64,000 nt of DNA from Actinomycetota bacterium (GTDB lineage Bacteria; Actinomycetota; Acidimicrobiia; Acidimicrobiales; CAIXPF01): the NCBI GenBank assembly GCA_016870475.1, contig VGBO01000006.1:4175-68174 (forward strand). Direction: 5' to 3'. The position numbers and the translations under genes are program-made. Below the pieces are notes generated by a model. That model did no database searches, was not told where the DNA came from, and was given only the letters and a program-made list of their open reading frames with translations. Numbering within the stretch: the first letter of the stretch is position 1; every line of letters starts with the position of its first letter. Of the stretch, positions 36,244-45,186 are shown piece after piece.

Positions 36244-36774
36244 ATCTCGCTCGTGCTCATGGCGGTCGGCGCGGCGGAGTTCCTCCTCGGTGGGCCGCTC
36301 AGTGGGCTGTGGCTCGTCCTCATCGGCTGGTTCGTGCGGGCCGCGGGCGACGGCGAGGCCGCAGCGGTCGAAGCGCGTGCCGCCCTCGGGGAGCGCACGG
36401 TCGCCCGGGTGATGAGCCCGGACCCGACCTGTGTCGAGGGCACGTCGACGGTCGCCGAACTGCTCGAGCACTGGGTGCCCGGCACCCGGCACACGGCGTT
36501 CCCGGTGCGTGACGGACACGGCGGGATCGCGGGTCTCGTCACGCTCGACCAGGTAGGGGCGGTCCCGAACGGATTGCGACACGACGTGACCGTCGGCCAG
36601 ATCGCCGTACCGCTCGCCGTCGTGTTCCTCGCCGTTCCCGGGGACCTCGCAGCCGACCTGGCGATCGAGCTCTCCGCCGCACCGGGGCGCCGCGCCCTCG
36701 TCTTCGGCGGCGACCGCCTCGTCGGGATCGTCACCGGTCGGGACCTCCTCGCCGCCTCGGTCGCAGACACCTGA
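36244..36774 (+). pseudogene. 3' fragment of a site-2 protease (M50) family gene: last TM helices plus CBS pair, HExxH part absent
   Basis: ORF 36109..36774, from about 36244: ISLVLMAVGAAEFLLGGPLSGLWLVLIGWFVRAAGDGEA...VARVMSPDPTCVEGTSTVAELLE...TAFPVRDGHGGIAGLVTLDQV...LVGIVTGRDLL. It is in a different frame from the ppsA fragment. Confidence 0.6.
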
Positions 36775-36805
36775 GGCTGTCGACGTCCGGCAGATCGGAC
36801 GCAGG

Positions 36806-36839
36806 CCGGGCCGGTCCCGCCGCAGCGGAACCGGCCCGG
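36806..36839. terminator. strong GC hairpin between convergent genes (bidirectional terminator candidate)
   Basis: CCGGGCCGGTCCCGC, CGCA loop, GCGGAACCGGCCCGG: 14 of 15 positions pair. It lies between the stops at 36774 (+) and 36874 (-). Confidence 0.6.
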
Positions 36840-36873
36840 GAAATCCGGATCCTTCGGCCCGGAGGCCGCAGGA

Positions 36874-38424
36874 TCAGTTACAGGTCGACGTGGAGACCGA
36901 CCAGGCGCAGTTCTTCGACTTGCCCGACAGGTCGACGGTCTCGCCCTCCTGCACCCACGACTGCTTGGAGGCGTCAAACTTGGCGAACTCGGTACCCTCG
37001 ATTACGAAGGCGTCCTTGTTCCCGTTCGTCGTCATCCGTAGACCCGGCAGGAGGAGCGGGTTCGTCATGTCCATGGTCCGCATCGCCAGCAGGTAGTTGG
37101 TGCGGGTCAGACCGCCCGGCAGGTCACCGGCGACCTTCAGCATCTCGACGAGCGGGACGCCGAGATACATGCCGGCGCTGAGGTTCGATGACGACCTCGG
37201 ATCGATGTTGTTCTTCTTCAGCAGTTCGAGGCCCCACTGGACCCCGGCGTTGTTCTGGAAGTTCGAGTCGTTCAGGTCGATGATGCCGCCACCGACGACA
37301 CGCCAGCCGTTCGACGACTGGCCGACGGCCTTTTCGCCGACGTAAGTGAGGCTCTTGCAGACCGAGGGCTGCCAGAGCTGCTTCGCCGACTGGGCGAGAC
37401 CGTTCGCTGATGCCTCGGTGATCGCCTGGGCGCAGGTTGCGCCGGCGCTCATCACGATGAAGACGTCCGGCTTCTTCGACGCGATTGTCGTCATCTCGTT
37501 CGTGATCGTCGGCGCGGTCGGCTCGAACTTCTCGAACTCGAACTGGATGCCGTGCTGGCTCGTGGCGAGGAACGCCTTGAACCCGGCGACGTAGGCGGCA
37601 CCGAAGTCGTTGTTGATGGCGACAGCGCCCACCTTCGTGCCCTTCGGAAGGGTCCGCTCGATGTAGGAGCCCCAGAGGATCGCCTCGGTGAAGTAGTTGA
37701 GGATCGAACCCATCGTCCACGGGTGGTTCACCGGATCACCCCAGGCAGGGTGACCGGTCCACACGAACGGCTGGGGGACGCAACGCTGATTCAGCTTGTC
37801 GTAGGTCCGCATCGTGATCGCCGACCCGCCATTCCACACGAGGAACGTCTTGTCGGAGTCGAGCAGCTCGTCGATCAACGGCACGGCCGAGGTCGGGTCG
37901 TACTTGTCGTCCTTCGTGATGAGCTTGACCTTACGGGTCTTGCCGGTCGAGTCGGTGATCCCGCCGGCGGCGTTCAACTCGTCGACGTAGGCCTGCCACA
38001 TCTTGAGGACGGTGCCGTAGTCGGCGAGAGGGCCGGACTGGGCGATCGATGCACCGATTTTGATCTCGGTGTCGGTGATTCCCTCGGTGTCCGACCAACC
38101 GGACGGGCATTTCGCGATGTCGGCGACGAAACCTTCGGGCCCGGTGACCTTCTTCGCGGCCTTGTCGTACCCCCAGCCACCGGCCTTGATCTTGGCGACC
38201 TGGGCCTTGCGTTCGTCCTCGAGCACCTTCTTCAGCTCGGCCGGGGTCTTTGGTTCGGGCCGCTTCTCGGTCGCGCCGGACTTGTTGTCGAGCTGGTTCG
38301 CGATCTCGTTCTTGACGTTCGCGTCCAGGTTCTTAGCGTCGTCGCTCGACCCGCCACCGCACGCTACGGCGACGAGGCTGAACGCGATGAGCGCTCCGAT
38401 TCCGGCAAGACGCCGTTTCCTCAT
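36874..38424 (-). CDS. ABC transporter substrate-binding lipoprotein (Leu/Ile/Val-binding-protein-like, type I periplasmic binding fold)
   Basis: 3' part of the 788-aa ORF 36874..39240. GAGGGGG lies 5 nt before ATG 38424: MRKRRLAGIGALIAFSLVAVACGG (lipobox); ...IKIGASIAQSGPLADYG...VGAVAINNDFGAAY.... No permease or ATPase genes are nearby. Confidence 0.85.
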   Translation of the reverse strand: MRKRRLAGIGALIAFSLVAVACGGGSSDDAKNLDANVKNEIANQLDNKSGATEKRPEPKTPAELKKVLEDERKAQVAKIKAGGWGYDKAAKKVTGPEGFVADIAKCPSGWSDTEGITDTEIKIGASIAQSGPLADYGTVLKMWQAYVDELNAAGGITDSTGKTRKVKLITKDDKYDPTSAVPLIDELLDSDKTFLVWNGGSAITMRTYDKLNQRCVPQPFVWTGHPAWGDPVNHPWTMGSILNYFTEAILWGSYIERTLPKGTKVGAVAINNDFGAAYVAGFKAFLATSQHGIQFEFEKFEPTAPTITNEMTTIASKKPDVFIVMSAGATCAQAITEASANGLAQSAKQLWQPSVCKSLTYVGEKAVGQSSNGWRVVGGGIIDLNDSNFQNNAGVQWGLELLKKNNIDPRSSSNLSAGMYLGVPLVEMLKVAGDLPGGLTRTNYLLAMRTMDMTNPLLLPGLRMTTNGNKDAFVIEGTEFAKFDASKQSWVQEGETVDLSGKSKNCAWSVSTSTCN

Positions 38425-38553
38425 CTGTGCCCCCTCAGTGTCCGCCGTGCCCCCCCGGCACGGCCGAGCTGAACCGTAGCGGGCGCAGCGCGGCCGTGGC
38501 GCGAAACTGCAGGATCGGACGCAGGGTCGACGGCAGCGTGGGAGGATGCCGCC

Positions 38554-39135
38554 ATGCCGACCTACGCCGTCATCGGGAACGACAGGGAACGGGCGGACGC
38601 CGTCGCCCGTGCGACCGGCGGGACCGCCTACCTCGCCGTCGACGAGTCGGCGGCACGTGACGACGTGCCGTTCCGGACGCTCGTCGTCGCGGATGTCGCC
38701 GATCCTTCCGCGCTCGCCGGCGCAGACGAGATCGGGACCTACCGGGTGCACGTGCGGGTGATCCGCCCGCTCGCCGACCCGCCGCCGGCCGGGACGACCA
38801 GCGAGGGCGTGGTGGCGGTGTTCGGGATGCGACGCCACCCCGATCTCACCCACGAGCAGGCCGACGCGCACTGGCGGGACGTGCACGCACCGCTCGCGTT
38901 GCACCATCACGTCGGCATGTGGCACTACGAGCAGTGCTCGGTTGACGAAGTCGTCCGCGGTCCCTCCTACGACGGGTTCGCCCTGTGTGCGTTCGCGTCG
39001 CTCGACGACTTGCGGGACCGGTTCTACGACGGGCCCGAGGGTCGGGTCGCGATCGGCGCCGACGTCGCGAGCTTCGCCGACACGGCCGCGTCGCCCCGAC
39101 GGGTGATCTGCACCGAGACCGTCAACCGACGCTGA
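38554..39135 (+). CDS. EthD domain-containing protein
   Basis: ORF 38554..39135, with GGGAGGA before the ATG. C-terminal half: VAVFGMRRHPDLTHEQADAHWRDVHAPLA...FALCAFASLDDLRDRF. Confidence 0.65.
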   Translation: MPTYAVIGNDRERADAVARATGGTAYLAVDESAARDDVPFRTLVVADVADPSALAGADEIGTYRVHVRVIRPLADPPPAGTTSEGVVAVFGMRRHPDLTHEQADAHWRDVHAPLALHHHVGMWHYEQCSVDEVVRGPSYDGFALCAFASLDDLRDRFYDGPEGRVAIGADVASFADTAASPRRVICTETVNRR

Positions 39136-41620
39136 TCTCGACGGCGCCGGACGCCAGCAGGTCGCCGACCGCGTCCGCGTCGAGGCCGAGGATCTCGGTG
39201 AGCACCTCGAAGGAGTGCTCGCCGACGCAGGGTGCCGCACGACGCAGGTGACCCGGCGTCATCGACAGGCGGGCCTGCATGCCCGTGTAGGGCACCGTGC
39301 CCATCACGGTGTGGTCGAGCGGTACGAAGAACCCGAGGTGGGCGAGGTGCGGGTCGTCGAGCAACGCCCCGGGCGCGTACACCGGTGCTGCTGCGACACG
39401 CGGCTGCAACCGGGTGAAGACGTCGAGCGCCTCCTGCGTGGCCGTCCAGGCGGCGATCGCGGTGTCGATCCGGTCCTCGGCGGCGCGACGGCCGTCGAGG
39501 GTGCGCAGCGTCGGGTCCGTCGCCCACGCCGGTGCGCCCATCACCTCGACCAGCGCCGCCCACGCGGCGTCGTCCTCGCACGCGATCGCCAGCCAGCGTT
39601 CCCCTTCGAGTCCGGCCTCCGGACCACGGCGCGACGGGTAGATGCCGTGGGGGACCATGGCGTGGTGGCGGTTGCCGTTGCGCGTCGGAACCCGCCCGTT
39701 GACGGTGGTGTCGAGCAGTTCGACCTCGAGGAACTGCAACGCTGCCTCGAACTGGGCGAGGTCGATGTGGGTGCCCTCACCGGTGCGGCGCCGCCGGTCG
39801 AGCGCAGCGAGTACGACGCTCGCGCAGAAGCGCTGGCAGACGAAGTCGGTGTACGCGCCGTAGATCATCGTCGGATCACGATCCGGCCAGCCGGTGATCT
39901 CGTAGAACCCCGACAGGGCGGCCAGCAGCTGACCGAACCCCCGGTAATCGGCGTTCGGCCCGGTCTGCCCCTGCATGCAGGTCGACAGCATCACGAGCGA
40001 CGGGTTGCGTGCCGCGAGCGTGGCGTGATCGAGGCCGAGCCCGCGGAGGGTGTGCGGGGTGAAGCTCTCGATGACGACGTCAGCCCAGTCGGCGAGGCGC
40101 AGCGCGACCTCGCGGCCGCCGCCGGTGGACAGGTCGAGCCCGATACCGAGCTTCGACGCGTTGAAGTCACCGTAGAACTGGCTGCGATTCAGCCCACTGA
40201 CCCCGTCGAGGAACGGCGGAGCTGCCCGGAGCACGTCCGCGCGCACGCTCGAGTCGAGACGGACGACGGTCGCGCCATGGTCGGCGAGGTAGCGCGCCGT
40301 GAGCGGGCCGACCCCGACCCACGACATGTCCCACACCTTGAGGCCGGCCAGCGCTCCCGCACCAGGCGACCATCCGGGTCGTTCGGGCTGGTCGGGGAGC
40401 GCCACCGCACCGGCGGATGCGTGCGCCTCGGCGAGCACCGCGGTCGTGTGCTCACCGATCCCGGGCGCCCGGTTCGCCGCCCGCAGCGCGACCGTCGACG
40501 GTCGGGCCCACGCACCCGGATGGCGGACGACACCGAACCTGCCGTGGTCGACGTCGTCCCAGAACTCGCGTGCAGCGAGCTGCCGATCACCGGGCAGGTC
40601 GGCGGCGGTGTTCACCGGTGCGAGGAGCCAGCGGTGCTCGACGGCGTGGGCGTACAACTCGGCTTTCGTGCGGTTGCGGAACGCAGCCGTGCAAACAGCC
40701 TCGACCGCCGAGTTGTGCGCGACACGGATCCCGTCGCGTTCGAGGTCGTCGAGACTGATCGTGGTCACGTCGACGCCCGACAAGATGTCGGGGACCGCGA
40801 ACCCGCCGGCCGCCGCCCACTCGACGATCGTCGCGAAGCCCGGTCCGGCGAGCGGGCCCGGCCCTGCCATGTAGACGACGTGGCCGTCGGCACAGGGGTA
40901 GATCTGCTTCGCCCGACCGGGCTGGTAGGCGACACCGGGTCCGATCCGCACGAACTCGGCGCCCTCGAGCATCTTCGCGGTCGGAGCGTTCATCGCCGTG
41001 CGGATCGCTGCGGTCCACGCAGCGACGTCGACGTGTTGACCGGCACCGCCGGCGCGCACGTGGTGCAGGGCGACGAGCGTGTGCACGACCGCTTCGACGG
41101 ACGCATGGCCGAGGAACTGTTCGCTGCCGATGCGAATCGGTGGCCGGTCGACGTCCCCGGTGAGCCACACCGCACCGGACAGCGCACCGAGCACGAGGTC
41201 GGGCGCGCGGAAGTGCGCGTACGGGCCGTCGAGCCCGAACGGGGAGATCGACGTGACGACGAGCCGCGGGTGACGGCGGTGCAGCTCGTCGAGGTCGACC
41301 CCGCGCGCGGCGAGCCCGCACGGACCGTCGGACTCGAGCAGCACGTCGGCACCGGCGAGGAGATCCCACAGTTCCGGCGACACGGTCCCGGGCGGTCCGG
41401 GGTCGAGCACGACGGAGCGTTTGCCGCGGGCGTGTGCCCACCAACGCAGGGACCCCTCCGGATCGACGACGTCACCGGCGAACGGGCCGATCCGGCGGTC
41501 CGGATGCCCGCCGGGCGGCTCGACGGCGATCACATCCGCGCCGAGGTCGGCGAGGACCCGGCCGGCGAGCCACCCGAACGACGTCGTGAGGTCGATCACC
41601 CGACAGTCGGCGAGCAGCAT
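39122..41620 (-). CDS. fused double family III CoA-transferase (two CaiB/BaiF modules in one 832-aa protein)
   Basis: ORF 39122..41620. Module 1: CRVIDLTTSFGWLAGRVLADLGADVIAVEPPGG. Module 2, from about residue 440: LAGLKVWDMSWVGVGPLTARYLADHGATVVRLDS...NRSQFYGDFNASKLGIGLDL. Confidence 0.85.
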   Translation of the reverse strand: MLLADCRVIDLTTSFGWLAGRVLADLGADVIAVEPPGGHPDRRIGPFAGDVVDPEGSLRWWAHARGKRSVVLDPGPPGTVSPELWDLLAGADVLLESDGPCGLAARGVDLDELHRRHPRLVVTSISPFGLDGPYAHFRAPDLVLGALSGAVWLTGDVDRPPIRIGSEQFLGHASVEAVVHTLVALHHVRAGGAGQHVDVAAWTAAIRTAMNAPTAKMLEGAEFVRIGPGVAYQPGRAKQIYPCADGHVVYMAGPGPLAGPGFATIVEWAAAGGFAVPDILSGVDVTTISLDDLERDGIRVAHNSAVEAVCTAAFRNRTKAELYAHAVEHRWLLAPVNTAADLPGDRQLAAREFWDDVDHGRFGVVRHPGAWARPSTVALRAANRAPGIGEHTTAVLAEAHASAGAVALPDQPERPGWSPGAGALAGLKVWDMSWVGVGPLTARYLADHGATVVRLDSSVRADVLRAAPPFLDGVSGLNRSQFYGDFNASKLGIGLDLSTGGGREVALRLADWADVVIESFTPHTLRGLGLDHATLAARNPSLVMLSTCMQGQTGPNADYRGFGQLLAALSGFYEITGWPDRDPTMIYGAYTDFVCQRFCASVVLAALDRRRRTGEGTHIDLAQFEAALQFLEVELLDTTVNGRVPTRNGNRHHAMVPHGIYPSRRGPEAGLEGERWLAIACEDDAAWAALVEVMGAPAWATDPTLRTLDGRRAAEDRIDTAIAAWTATQEALDVFTRLQPRVAAAPVYAPGALLDDPHLAHLGFFVPLDHTVMGTVPYTGMQARLSMTPGHLRRAAPCVGEHSFEVLTEILGLDADAVGDLLASGAVEISVG

Positions 41621-41671
41621 GGCCGTGTTCTAGCCGCGTCCGATCGGGCGCGGTGCCGCTACGGTGCGCAG

Positions 41672-42319
41672 GTGCTCGAAGCCGAACGCGCCGCCGTCGT
41701 CGCCGCCGGACGCCGCCTCGCCGAGTCCGGCCTCGTCGTCGGGACGTCCGGGAACCTGTCGGCGCGTTCGGGCGACCTGATCGTGGTCACCCCGAGCGGC
41801 TGCTCGATCGCCGTGATGGACCCGGACGACCTCGTCGTCGTCGACCGGGCAGGCGCGGTCGTGGAGGGTTCGGCCGTGCCCACCTCGGAGCTGCCCTTCC
41901 ACCTCGCGGTGTACGACGCGACCGGCACCGGGGCGATCGCGCACACGCACGCGGTGGCGTCCGTCGCCGTGTCCTGCCTGTGCGAGGTGCTGCCTGCGCT
42001 GCACTACACCTGCGTGCTGCTCGGCGGTCCGCCGCGGGTTGCGCCGTATGCGACGTTCGGGTCGGACACGCTCGCCGCCGGCCTCGTCGCAGCGCTCGCC
42101 GGCGGTCGGCAGGCGGCGCTGCTCGCCCACCACGGCTCCGTTGCGCTCGGCGACGACCCGGACGCTGCCTGCGAGCGACTCGAGCTGCTCGAGTGGCTGT
42201 GCCGTCTCCACCTCGCAGTGGTCGGTGCGACCGGCGGTGCGGTGCCGGCCGTGCTCGACGACGCCGCGCTCGCCGCGGCCGCCGACCGGTTCGGTGTGGT
42301 GCCGCCCGGGCCCGTCTGA
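41672..42319 (+). CDS. class II aldolase/adducin family protein
   Basis: 3' part of the 1034-aa ORF 39215..42319, GTG 41672: GLVVGTSGNLSARSGDLIVVTPSG...ELPFHLAVY...AIAHTHAVAS...LLAHHGSVALG. Confidence 0.85.
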   Translation: MLEAERAAVVAAGRRLAESGLVVGTSGNLSARSGDLIVVTPSGCSIAVMDPDDLVVVDRAGAVVEGSAVPTSELPFHLAVYDATGTGAIAHTHAVASVAVSCLCEVLPALHYTCVLLGGPPRVAPYATFGSDTLAAGLVAALAGGRQAALLAHHGSVALGDDPDAACERLELLEWLCRLHLAVVGATGGAVPAVLDDAALAAAADRFGVVPPGPV

Positions 42320-42323
42320 ACGC

Positions 42324-43199
42324 TCAGCGGGACGGGAGCCGGCCGAGGAAATCGATCACCGCACCCGAGAAGATGTCGTTGCGGTCGCCGGCGACCATGT
42401 GCGAGGCGTCGGTCACGTTCACGTACTCGGCGTGGGGGCACAACTCGAGGAAGCTGCGGGCACCGTCCTCGCTCAGCACATCGGACAGACCGCCGCGGAC
42501 CAGCAGGGTCGGCACGGCCAGCGCCCGTGCGTTCGCCGCCTGCCGCTGGTACATCGCCTCGAGGTCGGGGCGCCCGGAACGCCACGTCGGATCCCAGTGC
42601 CAGCGGTACCGACCGTCGTCGCCGAGCCGCACGTTCTTCGCGAGCCCGTCCGTCGAACGGGGCCGCTCCCGGTGTGGCTGGTACGACGCGATCGCATCCG
42701 CGACCTCGTCGAGCGATGCGAAGCCGTCCGGCCGGCCCTCCATGAACTGCAGGATCCGGTCGACACCTTCCGGTTCGAGGCGTGGCGCAGTGTCGACGAG
42801 CACGAGCGCCCGACCGGGGACGTGTCCGCCGCCGATCGTCTCGAGGCTCACCCCACCGCCCATGGATGCGCCGACGAGCACCGGGTTCGGATCGCCGAGC
42901 TGGGCGACGAGCTCGACGAGGTCGGCGACCATCAGGTCGATGCCGTACGCGTCGGTCCACGACGAGTCGCCGTGCCCACGGGCGTCGAACGCGATCGCGT
43001 TCCACCCCTGTGCGCCGAGGCGTTCCCCCGCGCCTTTCCATGCGTGACGGGTCTGCCCACCGCCGTGCATGAGGAGCACGACGGGGCCCGCCGGATCACC
43101 CCAGCGGTCGCCGGCAAGGGTCCCACCGCCGTGACCCCGCCAGGTGCAACCCGGTTCCGGGGTGCCGGGGAGTCGCCGACCGGCGTTGCGAGCCGTCAC
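42324..43199 (-). CDS. alpha/beta hydrolase
   Basis: Part of ORF 42324..43505. GTG 43199 overlaps the upstream stop as GTGA: VVLLMHGGGQTRHAW...DARGHGDS...LVGASMGG...DASHMVAGD. Confidence 0.85.
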   Translation of the reverse strand: MTARNAGRRLPGTPEPGCTWRGHGGGTLAGDRWGDPAGPVVLLMHGGGQTRHAWKGAGERLGAQGWNAIAFDARGHGDSSWTDAYGIDLMVADLVELVAQLGDPNPVLVGASMGGGVSLETIGGGHVPGRALVLVDTAPRLEPEGVDRILQFMEGRPDGFASLDEVADAIASYQPHRERPRSTDGLAKNVRLGDDGRYRWHWDPTWRSGRPDLEAMYQRQAANARALAVPTLLVRGGLSDVLSEDGARSFLELCPHAEYVNVTDASHMVAGDRNDIFSGAVIDFLGRLPSR

Positions 43200-44140
43200 G
43201 AACCGCTCGCCTCGAAGGCGGCGCGCAGTGCGCCGGCGACGACGTCCTGGGCCTCGTCGGCCTGGTCGATCAGCCGCGACATCGAGAAGAAGCCGTGGAA
43301 CTGGCCGGGGTAGCGCCGCAGGTCGGTGGGTACGCCCGCGGCGCTGAGCTTCTCGGCGTAGGCGACGCCCTCGTCGTGGAGCGGGTCGTACCCGGCGACG
43401 ATCACCGTCGCCGCCGCGACACCGGTGAGGTCCGTGGCGCGGTTCGGCGCCGCGTAGGGGTCGGCGCGGTGGGCCGCCTCCGGGGCGTAGAGGTCGTGGA
43501 ACCACACCATGACGTCCTGGGTGAGGCCGTACCCCTCGGCGTTCGCCACCATCGACGCGGTCGTCGGGTCGAAGTCGGTCACCGGGTAGACGAGCGCCTG
43601 GTGGGCGAGGGTGGGGCCGCCCCGGTCACGGCACATGAGCGCGACCGCCGCGGCGAGGTTCCCGCCGGCGGAATCGCCGCCGACCGCGATCCGGTCCGCA
43701 CGGCCGCCGAGCGAGGCGGCGTTCGCCGCCGCCCACACGGTCGCCGCGTAGCAGTCCTCCGGTCCGGCGGGGAAGGGGTGCTCCGGCGCGAGCCGGTAGT
43801 CGACGGAGACGGTGATGCACCCGGTCTTCTCCGTCAGCGCCTTGCAGACACGGTCGTGGGACGTGATCGACCCGACGACCCAGCCACCCCCGTGGAAGAA
43901 CACGAGCACACCGAGGTCCTCGCCGCCCGACGTCGGCCAGTAGATCCGGATGGGGAGAGCGTCGCCGTCGGGGCCGGTGATGCTGCGGTCCTCGGTGCGT
44001 GCCGCCTCGATCGGGCGACCGGCGTCGGGCTGCCGGTCGAAACCGGCTCGGGCCCGTTCGTGTCCGACCTCACGGAAGGTCGGCAGGTTCAGCTCTCGCA
44101 TGCGTTCGAGCACGCGAGCGGCTTGCGGGTCCAACGTCAT
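43196..44140 (-). CDS. alpha/beta hydrolase fold-3 esterase/lipase (hormone-sensitive lipase family)
   Basis: Part of ORF 43196..44182, ATG 44140: VFFHGGGWVVG (HGGG oxyanion motif), VGGDSAGGNLA (GDSAG), DPLHDEG, FHGF. Confidence 0.9.
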   Translation of the reverse strand: MTLDPQAARVLERMRELNLPTFREVGHERARAGFDRQPDAGRPIEAARTEDRSITGPDGDALPIRIYWPTSGGEDLGVLVFFHGGGWVVGSITSHDRVCKALTEKTGCITVSVDYRLAPEHPFPAGPEDCYAATVWAAANAASLGGRADRIAVGGDSAGGNLAAAVALMCRDRGGPTLAHQALVYPVTDFDPTTASMVANAEGYGLTQDVMVWFHDLYAPEAAHRADPYAAPNRATDLTGVAAATVIVAGYDPLHDEGVAYAEKLSAAGVPTDLRRYPGQFHGFFSMSRLIDQADEAQDVVAGALRAAFEASGS

Positions 44141-44253
44141 GGCGCACCGTCCCTCTCGTCCCGGCGTACCGCCCCTCGGCACACCGACCGGCCGAGCCTA
44201 GGCTGCGCCCCGCATGGCGGGCAGGTGACCGCCACCGTGTTCGGGAGGACACC

Positions 44254-45156
44254 ATGAGGATCTGTGACGGACGTGTCGTGCTCGTGACGGGCGCCGGCCG
44301 GGGTATCGGTCGGTCGCACGCGCTCGCGTTCGCGGCCGAGGGCGCGAAAGTCGTGGTGAACGACCTCGGCGGTGAGGTCGACGGCAGCGGCAAGTCGACC
44401 GGTCCGGCCGACGAGGTCGTCGAGGAGATCCGCGGCATGGGCGGCGAGGCCATCGCGAACGGCGACGACGTCGCCGACGCCGATGGGGCCCGACGCATGG
44501 TCCAGGCGGCTATCGACCACTTCGGTCACCTCGACACGCTCGTGAACAACGCCGGCATCCTGCGTGACCGGGTGCTCGCGAACATGACGCCCGAGGAATG
44601 GGACGCCGTGATCCACGTCCACCTGCGCGGCACCTACCTGCCGAGCCGGGTCGCGGCGCAGTACTGGCGGGACATGACGAAAGCGGGCGAGACCAACGAT
44701 GCCCGCATCATCAACACGTCGTCCGGCTCCGGCCTGTTCGGCAACCCCGGGCAGACGAACTACGGCGCGGCGAAGTCCGGCATCGCCTCGTTCTCCGTGA
44801 TCGCGGCGAAGGAACTCGCCCGGTACGGCGTCACCGTGAACGCGATCGCCCCGGGTGCCCGGACGCGCATGACCGCACCGCTGGGCATGGGCGCCGACTA
44901 CGTCGAAGGCACCTTCGACGACACCGCCCCGGAGAACATCTCGCCGCTCGTGGTGTGGCTCGGCAGCAACGAGTCCGCCGCGGTGACCGGTCGGGTGTTC
45001 GAGGTGATGGGCGGACGCGTCGGCATCGTGAACAACTGGAGCCGTGGCCCCTGGCGCGACAAGAAGGACCGCTGGGCGCCGTCCGAGCTCGGGTCGGTCG
45101 TCACCGAACTCGTGGCCGGGGCGTTCCCGCCCGAACCGCTGCTCCCGATCGACTGA
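44254..45156 (+). CDS. SDR family oxidoreductase (MFE-2-type hydroxyacyl-CoA dehydrogenase-like)
   Basis: Part of ORF 43999..45156, ATG 44254: VVLVTGAGRGIGRSHALAFAAEGAKVVVNDLGG...NNAGILRD...NYGAAKSG. Confidence 0.9.
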   Translation: MRICDGRVVLVTGAGRGIGRSHALAFAAEGAKVVVNDLGGEVDGSGKSTGPADEVVEEIRGMGGEAIANGDDVADADGARRMVQAAIDHFGHLDTLVNNAGILRDRVLANMTPEEWDAVIHVHLRGTYLPSRVAAQYWRDMTKAGETNDARIINTSSGSGLFGNPGQTNYGAAKSGIASFSVIAAKELARYGVTVNAIAPGARTRMTAPLGMGADYVEGTFDDTAPENISPLVVWLGSNESAAVTGRVFEVMGGRVGIVNNWSRGPWRDKKDRWAPSELGSVVTELVAGAFPPEPLLPID

Positions 45157-45186
45157 TGCAGCGCAGCGCGCCGCGTCAGCGTCCGA

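Noticed and set aside
36874-38424. The lower-GC binding-protein gene considered as evidence of a horizontally acquired island.
   Set aside because: There are no flanking integrase, tRNA or direct repeats. Secreted Lys/Asn-rich proteins often show this shift. It is reported only as a compositional oddity.
38436-38456. 8-bp GC hairpin (GCCGTGCC / GGCACGGC with a C5 loop) in the leader between the binding-protein gene and the EthD gene, considered as a riboswitch or attenuator.
   Set aside because: It is too small and featureless to assign to any riboswitch class. Such hairpins are common in GC-rich intergenic DNA.
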